64,000 nucleotides of DNA. Origin: Candidatus Omnitrophota bacterium (GTDB lineage: Bacteria; Omnitrophota; Gorgyraeia; JABMRG01; JAFGKX01). Shown piece by piece: positions 20,512 to 27,297 of the stretch. The stretch's first letter is position 1. Each line of letters opens with the position of its first letter. The position numbers were made by a program, and so were the translations under genes. The notes under the pieces are model-generated. The model worked only from the letters and a program-made list of their open reading frames with translations. It did not search any database and was not told the origin of the DNA. The stretch lies in contig JAZDPX010000014.1 in assembly GCA_043797125.1 (NCBI GenBank), positions 1,755 to 65,754 of the forward strand. Reading direction: 5' to 3'.

Positions 20512-22479
20512 ATGAAGAAAATACTTAACTTAATACTAATAACTGTGTTTTTGCTGCCTCAGCAGGCGCAGCAGGCGCAAGCCTTGCGCCCAATGGCAAC
20601 GCATGCAGAACAAGAACGCGCGGAAATAACCAGAAAAAGCTTGGTGTGTCATGCGCTATTTGATGATATTGCTAACTTATTAGCTTCCGTAGAATATTTC
20701 TATTTGTGTCTTAAAAAGATACCGCAACGCGAACCACATTCTATTCCCGAAGAGGATTTTAACCTTGTTTTCGATAGCGCAAAACGCCTGTCTAATTTTC
20801 TTCATCACGTCAGAAAAACAGGTTCTTTTAGCCATTCTTTAATGGTCGAGGAATTCTCAAAGGCAGCCAATAGCGATGTTTTATCCGCGCTTAAAAGGCT
20901 TGAGGAGGCTTTTGATGAATTCAAGCGTAGTCTAAACGAAAAACATGTTAATGACCGCGACAATAGGCATCTTGATGCGTTGGGAAAGGTATTTTTAAAA
21001 CTAAAGACCACAATCGAGATTATCCAGGCACAGATATTATTTTTAGAGCGCAAAAACACAACAAAGATAGTGCGCCTTTCAGAAGTTTTGGAATATCTTA
21101 AAGCAAGAAGTCAGCTTTTGCCTAAGTCGATCAGTATTTTTAAGCACGTGAACATAAGCCCTGCGCCGGATTTTATACAGGTTAAGATCAATCACATCCT
21201 TTTGCACAGGGCCTTAGGGGAGATTATAAAAAACGCGTATGAAAACAACGAAGGCAAAGAAGATCTCAGTATAGATTTAAGCTGCAGATATTCTGTTGAT
21301 AATAACGTAGAAATAATTATAAAGGACAATGGTAAGGGGTTGCCGCAGCATCTGCAAGACGCCGGGCAGGAGCTCCTGTTTAGTTTAGAAGGCACAACCA
21401 AGAAAGAGAGCGGCGGAGTCGGTATGGCAGAAGCCAAGATTATAATAACAGATGCAGGCGGCACCATACGCGCTGAAAACAGACCGGAAGGCGGCGCGAT
21501 ATTCATAATAAGCCTGCCTATGCACGAGCGAGTAAAAGTTAGCCCTGTCGCCTGGGAAGAAATAGCTGATGACGCGATAACATTTTCTGACGTAAGCCTT
21601 ACCAAAGATTTAGTTATGACGGTTAAAGAAGCGCAATATAACGGCAAAACTTACATGGCTAAATATAACGACCTTTTTGAAAAAGAAAAAACAATCCCCC
21701 AGGCGAACATTCTAGATTATTTAAATAAAACCGGCATGCCTAATATAAGCCTGGCTAAACACTTTATCGAGCATAAGGGCAGAAAAATAATCCTCTTCGA
21801 ACTTCTGCCAAAAGGCAAATCGCTGGAACGATATATGCTGGATAATGAAAAAATTTCTGAACAATGGCTTATTGAAATTATGCTTAAAGCCTCCCGCTTA
21901 GTTAAAATGCTTCATGACAGAGGCATATTTCATTGGGATATTAAGCCAAGGCATATATACATTACAGGTAAAAATGATGTCTGGCTTGTTGATTTTGATT
22001 TGGCGTTTATTACAGACGATGAAATATTAGGCTCAGGCGTAAGCCAATACGGTAGTTTGTTCGCAAAAAGTGAGTTTTTAAATAGAGACCTTCACAAATC
22101 GGGGGTTTTACGCTACAGACCAGCTAAGACCTATGGTTGGGGCATACGGGAGCCTCGTCCGGAACACGGTGAATCTTTCCCGCCTGTTCGTATAGAAATA
22201 TATTCCCTTGCCAAGACGCTGGCTTACGCGTTAATAGGCGAAGATGCTCACAACATAAATCAGTTCAACGCCGAGGTTGCTAAAAAATATAATATTTCCT
22301 CCGGGCTGATAGCGGTTTTGGATAAAGCGCTGTCTGATAAAGAATGTGATTATGACAACGTAGACGATTTCATTCGCGACCTCGAAAATTGCTTTGATGA
22401 TAAATTCTCGCAGCCGATTAAGATAACGCAGGAAAAATTGCGTTTTGAAACCCTCGCCGCCTTCGGCGAATGCGCGTAA
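20512..22479 (+). CDS. Signal-peptide protein with histidine-kinase-type HATPase_c domain plus protein-kinase-like domain (LRPMA/AFxECA family member 1)
   Basis: MKK + hydrophobic stretch + AQA then LRPMAT. N box (EIIKNA), G1 (IKDNGKG), G2 (GGVGM...GGTIRAENRPEGGAIF). Kinase motifs HWDIKP and LVDFD. Ends AAFGECA. Confidence 0.8.
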   Translation: MKKILNLILITVFLLPQQAQQAQALRPMATHAEQERAEITRKSLVCHALFDDIANLLASVEYFYLCLKKIPQREPHSIPEEDFNLVFDSAKRLSNFLHHVRKTGSFSHSLMVEEFSKAANSDVLSALKRLEEAFDEFKRSLNEKHVNDRDNRHLDALGKVFLKLKTTIEIIQAQILFLERKNTTKIVRLSEVLEYLKARSQLLPKSISIFKHVNISPAPDFIQVKINHILLHRALGEIIKNAYENNEGKEDLSIDLSCRYSVDNNVEIIIKDNGKGLPQHLQDAGQELLFSLEGTTKKESGGVGMAEAKIIITDAGGTIRAENRPEGGAIFIISLPMHERVKVSPVAWEEIADDAITFSDVSLTKDLVMTVKEAQYNGKTYMAKYNDLFEKEKTIPQANILDYLNKTGMPNISLAKHFIEHKGRKIILFELLPKGKSLERYMLDNEKISEQWLIEIMLKASRLVKMLHDRGIFHWDIKPRHIYITGKNDVWLVDFDLAFITDDEILGSGVSQYGSLFAKSEFLNRDLHKSGVLRYRPAKTYGWGIREPRPEHGESFPPVRIEIYSLAKTLAYALIGEDAHNINQFNAEVAKKYNISSGLIAVLDKALSDKECDYDNVDDFIRDLENCFDDKFSQPIKITQEKLRFETLAAFGECA

Positions 22480-22481
22480 GC

Positions 22482-22509
22482 GGTCTATGGTCAATAGTCA
22501 ATGGTCTGT
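22482..22509 (+). repeat. Heptamer tandem repeat (R)GTC(D)AT
   Basis: ggtctat ggtcaat agtcaat ggtctgt between family members 1 and 2. Confidence 0.75.
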
Positions 22510-22514
22510 AAAAA

Positions 22515-23297
22515 ATGAAGAAAATAACAGCAATAATAATAGCGATTGCACTAATCTTATCAAGCGCAGAGCTATCTTCTAAGACTTTACACTTTACACT
22601 TAGCACTTTACACTGCTATTCCCTGCGCCCGATGGCGACGAAATATATCAAAATAGGCGAGGGAAGCTGCAGAGTGGTTTATCAGACGGATAGCAAGGTT
22701 ATAAAAATTCTCAAAACCTATAAACAAGTCAGGCGCAGCAAGTTTCTTTTTATGTTGCCAATGAAGTTGTGCATGCTCAAATATACTATGGCAGATTATA
22801 ATAAATATGAGTATAACAGTTATCGGAATATAATTTCCAAAAGCGTGCCTGAACGCTATAGTAACAGTTTTGTAAAAATATACGGAGTTATAAAATCAAA
22901 AAAGGGCAACATCTTGGTTGCAGAGTTAATTAAAGATGCCGACGGGAAAACATCAAAGAGCCTGGCGGAATATGGCCCTGTATATGATGATGAATTTTGG
23001 GAAAGATTAAATAAATTAGAAAAGCTATTTCGTGATGATGGAATTTATTTATTGGGCATTGATGCAGAAAATATTCATGTGAAAAGGCTTAAAAACGGAG
23101 AATTAATACCCGTTTTTGTGGATTATAAGAAATTAGCAAGAAGGTTTTATCCTCGCTGGTTATTCTCCACTAAAGCAAAGCTGGAGCAGAAAACAACAGA
23201 AGGATTTAAGCGGATAAGAGAAGGGTATAATGTTGCTTCAAAAACACAAGGAATGCTTTTAGAAAAAGCCATAACCGCCTTCGCCGAGTGCGCGTAG
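22515..23297 (+). CDS. Signal-peptide protein with YrbL-like kinase-fold domain (family member 2)
   Basis: MKK + hydrophobic stretch, LRPMAT at aa 37. IGEGSCRVVY..VIKI, LVAELIKDADGKTSKSL, IDAENI..VFVD resemble YrbL (PhoP-regulon kinase-like) proteins. Ends TAFAECA. Confidence 0.75.
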   Translation: MKKITAIIIAIALILSSAELSSKTLHFTLSTLHCYSLRPMATKYIKIGEGSCRVVYQTDSKVIKILKTYKQVRRSKFLFMLPMKLCMLKYTMADYNKYEYNSYRNIISKSVPERYSNSFVKIYGVIKSKKGNILVAELIKDADGKTSKSLAEYGPVYDDEFWERLNKLEKLFRDDGIYLLGIDAENIHVKRLKNGELIPVFVDYKKLARRFYPRWLFSTKAKLEQKTTEGFKRIREGYNVASKTQGMLLEKAITAFAECA

Positions 23298-23299
23298 TT

Positions 23300-23330
23300 G
23301 GTCGATGGTCTATGGTCGATAGTCTATAGT
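23300..23330 (+). repeat. Heptamer tandem repeat (R)GTC(D)AT
   Basis: ggtcgat ggtctat ggtcgat agtctat agt between members 2 and 3. Confidence 0.8.
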
Positions 23331-23342
23331 TGAAAGAAGAAA

Positions 23343-25736
23343 ATGAAGAAAATAATAGCAATAATAACAGCGATTATATTAGCCTTATCAGCGTCAGGGC
23401 TGTCTTCCGGCACTTTACACTTTGCACTTAACACCCTACACCATTCTTCACTTCGCCCGATGGCTATGCGAGTCGAAGAAACTCCACTTGTAGCTGATCC
23501 GAAATGGGTTAGGGGAATAAGGGAAGTGGATGTAATTGATGCCAGCAAAGATAAGGCAAAGCAAATAAGGTTTTTCGGGGAAAATAAAAGTACATCAGAC
23601 GCGGTAACAACTGTAAAAAAAGCGGAGTATGATGGTAAAATCTATTGGGCAAAGCTTAATAGACATTTTCAACTTGTGGCGATAATTCGCCAAACAAAAA
23701 TTTTTAATTATTTAAGTAAACTCAAACTGCCTGGTATTTATACGCCTGAGCATTTTCTGGAACTAGAAGACGGAATAAAAGTAATGCTTTTTAAGGAGTT
23801 CCCACCAGGCGAAACACTAAATGAAAAAATAGGTAAGCTATCGGAAAGAGAAGCTATTGAAATTGTGCTAAGGGTTGCCTATATTGTTAAATCTCTGCAC
23901 GAAAATGGAATATTCCATTGGGATATAACGCCTTATAATATTTGGATTGCCGATAACGGCGAAATAATACTTTTTGATTTTGACATCGCCTTTGCAGTAA
24001 AAGATGAAATATTAGATGATCCTAACCATGACACAGCAAAAGAAATATATATAGAGCATGGAGTTTACAAGCATGGAAACGCAAACTATATGTCATCTAA
24101 AAGGTATAAATGGCGCACAGATATTCTTGATTTTTTGTTTAAAAACGCAGAAAAAGAAGATTTCCCACCGATACAGGAGGAACTTTATTCGTTAGCTTTT
24201 ACATTGTTTGTTACGATGTTAGGTGGAGACAGCAAAAAAAGCTATGAAGATTTGCCAGAACGTCTTAAGAATTTTTTGGACAAAGCCCAGTCTAATAAGC
24301 AGTGCGATTATGACAACATAGATGATTTTATCCACGACCTTGAAGATTGTCTTCAACCAGAAAAATCCAACCAGCTCATTGAGCAGCGCCCGGATACGCG
24401 TTATACCGATGGTAGAATAAGATACTGGCTTAATGTAAGAGAGCTTGAGAGGGTGTGTAGTAAAATAGCAGGAAGCATTGATTGTTCTGAAATAATCACA
24501 GGTTCAAAAAGCGGAGACCTTAATTTTGATGCAATAATTGTAGGCAGCGCCAGGTATTTTGCAGATGAATGCGGATTTGTGCCGCTCGATTTAATAAATG
24601 ATATAGACATACATTGTTTTGGCAGCAATGAAATAGCAGGGCAATTAAAAGCTGATGCAGAGAAATTCAAAAATAGTTTTTTAAATATGCTTACTGCTCA
24701 ATTATCAAAGCTTAATATTTTTCCTAAAAAGAATAACGACGTCGGGATAGATGGCGTCTTTGGCATATCCGGCAGCCGTACGAAGATGAAAATTCAGATT
24801 TTTCATCCGTTTAAAGGGTCAACGTCGCCATTTGAATTAATAACCAGGGAAAATTTGTATAATGAAAGCGCAATGGATCTAGGTAAATCACCCTACTGCT
24901 TTTATTCGTTTGAGGCTTCTAAAAATTTGGATGCTATAAATATCCGCAATATGCATACCCCGCGTGACTGGCTAAAAAACTATTTTTATTTTGAATACTT
25001 TTACGGCCAAAACAAAGTCAGGTATGGGGAAAACCGCAGCGTATTTTTAAAGGCGAAAACACAAGATTTTTTCCAACTATTAATAAAGATAGCGAACGAT
25101 GATATGCAAGAGCTTATCGATGAATATGACAGATTGGGCTATGACAAAAGGCTCTCCCTAATTCGCTCCAAACTCTCCCAGCCGATTGGGAAGACGCAAG
25201 CTGAAAAGCTCGAGCTTACCGTCTACGGCAAAAAAGTTCAGGTGAACAAGCAAATTTTCGACTCAATCCAGAATGCGGCAGTGGAAGACGCCGCGGCGAT
25301 AGCAAAGCTATCAGAGATATTAGTAAGAATGGGGTATTTAAAACCGAAGTCAAAATTAACAAAATTACACATAGAGCATTATTTAAAATTTCCGGAAACA
25401 GTTATTTTAAAAGTCTATAAGGCCCAAGAACGGGTTTCGGGATACATCTTTGCTATAATGCCCAACGGTAACGAGGCATATATCGAACATTTAGTAGTCG
25501 CTGAACCCAATGAAAATAAGGGGATAGGAACATCTTTGATGGCGAGCGCGCTGACGCAAATAGAAAAACGGAATGTGGCCGAAGTTCAAACATTGGCTCG
25601 CAGCCCGCAAAACAAGGAAATCGTTAAAAAATTCAAATTCGAGCATATAGAAGGCGACAAATATATATTAAAAGCAACGCCTTGCATAAAAAAACCACCC
25701 CAATTGATTTTTACCGCCTTCGACGAATGCGCGTAG
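23343..25736 (+). CDS. Signal-peptide protein with protein-kinase-like, putative nucleotidyltransferase-like and GNAT domains (family member 3)
   Basis: MKK signal, LRPMAM at aa 37. Kinase motifs HWDITPYNI and LFDFD. IIVGSARY...NDIDI (GS..DxD). GNAT motif A YIEHLVV..NENKGIGTSLM. Ends TAFDECA. Confidence 0.8.
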   Translation: MKKIIAIITAIILALSASGLSSGTLHFALNTLHHSSLRPMAMRVEETPLVADPKWVRGIREVDVIDASKDKAKQIRFFGENKSTSDAVTTVKKAEYDGKIYWAKLNRHFQLVAIIRQTKIFNYLSKLKLPGIYTPEHFLELEDGIKVMLFKEFPPGETLNEKIGKLSEREAIEIVLRVAYIVKSLHENGIFHWDITPYNIWIADNGEIILFDFDIAFAVKDEILDDPNHDTAKEIYIEHGVYKHGNANYMSSKRYKWRTDILDFLFKNAEKEDFPPIQEELYSLAFTLFVTMLGGDSKKSYEDLPERLKNFLDKAQSNKQCDYDNIDDFIHDLEDCLQPEKSNQLIEQRPDTRYTDGRIRYWLNVRELERVCSKIAGSIDCSEIITGSKSGDLNFDAIIVGSARYFADECGFVPLDLINDIDIHCFGSNEIAGQLKADAEKFKNSFLNMLTAQLSKLNIFPKKNNDVGIDGVFGISGSRTKMKIQIFHPFKGSTSPFELITRENLYNESAMDLGKSPYCFYSFEASKNLDAINIRNMHTPRDWLKNYFYFEYFYGQNKVRYGENRSVFLKAKTQDFFQLLIKIANDDMQELIDEYDRLGYDKRLSLIRSKLSQPIGKTQAEKLELTVYGKKVQVNKQIFDSIQNAAVEDAAAIAKLSEILVRMGYLKPKSKLTKLHIEHYLKFPETVILKVYKAQERVSGYIFAIMPNGNEAYIEHLVVAEPNENKGIGTSLMASALTQIEKRNVAEVQTLARSPQNKEIVKKFKFEHIEGDKYILKATPCIKKPPQLIFTAFDECA

Positions 25737-25749
25737 GCGGTAGCGGTGG

Positions 25750-25798
25750 TGGTGTCAGACACCAGGCAGTAGCAAGCTGTTAGCAGGTGTCTTACACC
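25750..25798. repeat. Pair of short palindromes GGTGTC(A/T)(G/T)ACACC
   Basis: tggtgtcagacacca at 25750-25764 and ggtgtcttacacc at 25786-25798. Confidence 0.65.
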
Positions 25799-25810
25799 AT
25801 ATATTAGTAT

Positions 25811-25839
25811 TTGACATATAATAATAAAAAATGTATCAT
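25811..25839 (+). promoter_or_regulatory. Putative sigma70 promoter for the hisG region
   Basis: TTGACA-17 nt-TATCAT. Confidence 0.6.
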
Positions 25840-25858
25840 ATGTAACGGTTATTCAAAA

Positions 25859-26159
25859 GAGATTGCTTCGTCGCTTGAAGAGAGCGAAGGCTCCTCGCAA
25901 TGACGTGGGAGAGAGGCTGGAGAAAGCTAGGGCTCCTCGCAATGACGAAGGGGTGGCTATGGTTAAAATAAGGCGAAAATGGAATATAAACCCCAAGACT
26001 CGGGTTAAAGATGCTAAGAAGAAGTATGACAGGAAGAAAACGAAACAGCAATTAAAAAAAGAGATTGCTTCGGCCCTTCCCCTCGCTTCGCTCGGGACTT
26101 TGCGGGCCTCGCAATGACGATGTAGGTTCGCCGTCAGGAGACGGCTCCTACGCAATGAC
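25859..26159. repeat. Cluster of REP-like elements GAGATTGCTTCG...CTCGCAATGAC
   Basis: Full copies at 25859-25904 and 26061-26118; right-half copies at 25931-25946 and 26143-26159. Confidence 0.75.
25959..26117 (+). CDS. Small basic hypothetical protein [27 protein letters not shown]...
   Basis: ATG at 25959 after the purine-rich gaaggggtgg; 52 aa, K/R-rich; the last ~18 codons are read through a REP-like element. Confidence 0.55.
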   Translation: MVKIRRKWNINPKTRVKDAKKKYDRKKTKQQLKKEIASALPLASLGTLRASQ

Positions 26160-26172
26160 GGAGACAAAAAAA

Positions 26173-27057
26173 ATGCAAAAAAACATACTCAAGATAGGCC
26201 TGCCGAAGGGCAGCTTGCAGGAAGCGACATTTAAGATACTTCAGAAGGCCGGGTTTAAGATTAGTTTAAGCAGCGAAAGGTCGTATTTTCCGTCAATAGA
26301 CGATCCCGAACTTGACGCGGTGCTTTTGCGCGCGCAGGAGATGTCGCGGTACGTTGAAGACGGCGCGCTGGATTGCGGCATTACGGGTAATGACTGGATA
26401 CAGGAGAATTCATCCGATGTAATAAAAGCGGCAGACCTTGTTTACGCTAAACACAGTTTGCGCCCTGTCAGGTGGGTAATCGCGGTGCCTGAAGCCTCGG
26501 GTATAAAAACTATCAAGGCCTTAAACGGCAAGCGAATAGCAACAGAGCTTGTTAATGTAACTAAAAAATTCTTGGCCAAAAACAAGGTAAAGGCGGAAGT
26601 GGAATTCAGCTGGGGAGCTACAGAGGTAAAGGTGGCGGCCGGCTTAGTCGACGCCATTGTAGAGCTTACAGAAACAGGCTCAAGCCTTAAGGCAAACAGG
26701 CTTCGCATTGTCGATACAGTATGCACTTCCACAACGCAGCTTATAGCGAATAAAAAGGCCTGGCAGGATAAATTTAAATGCGCTAAAATCGAGGCTCTGG
26801 CAATGCTTCTTAAGGGCGCTATAACCGCTGAAGAAAAAGTCGGGCTTAAGATGAATGTAAGCGAAAAAGATTTAAATAAGGTGCTTGCGCTTTTGCCTGC
26901 GATGAAACGGCCCACCGTTTCTACGTTAGCGACAAAAGGCTGGCTTGATGTAGACACGATAATTTCCGAGGAGGAAGTTAAAAGGCTTATACCGCAGCTT
27001 AAAAAGGCAGGCGCGCAGGGGATAATTGAGTACCCATTGAGTAAGGTGATATATTGA
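26173..27057 (+). CDS. hisG: ATP phosphoribosyltransferase (long form)
   Basis: [38 protein letters not shown] and C-terminal regulatory domain. Start moved to ATG 26173 because the upstream part is repeat DNA. Confidence 0.95.
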   Translation: MQKNILKIGLPKGSLQEATFKILQKAGFKISLSSERSYFPSIDDPELDAVLLRAQEMSRYVEDGALDCGITGNDWIQENSSDVIKAADLVYAKHSLRPVRWVIAVPEASGIKTIKALNGKRIATELVNVTKKFLAKNKVKAEVEFSWGATEVKVAAGLVDAIVELTETGSSLKANRLRIVDTVCTSTTQLIANKKAWQDKFKCAKIEALAMLLKGAITAEEKVGLKMNVSEKDLNKVLALLPAMKRPTVSTLATKGWLDVDTIISEEEVKRLIPQLKKAGAQGIIEYPLSKVIY

Positions 27058-27058
27058 G

Positions 27059-27167
27059 AATTCAAAATTCAAAATGTAAAATTAAAAATTACAATTCAAA
27101 ATTTAAAAACCGCCAGTTTTTGAATTTTTAATTGAAATTTTACATTTTTAATTTTTAATTTTGAATT
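27059..27167. repeat. AT-rich heptamer-built inverted repeat (52-bp arms, 5-nt loop)
   Basis: Left arm 27059-27110 (aattcaa aattcaa aatgtaa aattaaa...) matches the reverse complement of 27116-27167 at 44/52 positions by my alignment. Confidence 0.8.
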
Positions 27168-27198
27168 AAAACGAGTGGTTTAAGGAGGGGCGACAACC

Positions 27199-27294
27199 AT
27201 GCCGTGCGGAAGAAAAAGAAAACGGGCCAAGATGGCCAAGCATAAAAGAAAAAAAAGACTCCGAAGAGACAGACACAAGAAGAAAAACAGATAA
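27199..27294 (+). CDS. Small basic ribosomal protein bS22 / mS38 (AURKAIP1-COX24)-like, 31 aa
   Basis: MPCGRKRKRAKMAKHKRKKRLRRDRHKKKNR with upstream taaggagg RBS; too short for the ORF track. Confidence 0.8.
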   Translation: MPCGRKRKRAKMAKHKRKKRLRRDRHKKKNR

Positions 27295-27297
27295 TTA

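Noticed and set aside
22459-22479. CaaX prenylation motif in AFxECA
   Set aside because: Cys is second from last, not fourth from last, and it does not fit CC or CxC either.
20512-25742. Integron cassette array
   Set aside because: No integrase in the window, and no RYYYAAC...GTTRRRY attC boxes are recognisable at the gene ends.
25859-26159. CRISPR array (repeated ...CTCGCAATGAC units)
   Set aside because: Repeats are partial and irregularly spaced with internal hairpins, and there are no cas genes; REP-like elements fit better.
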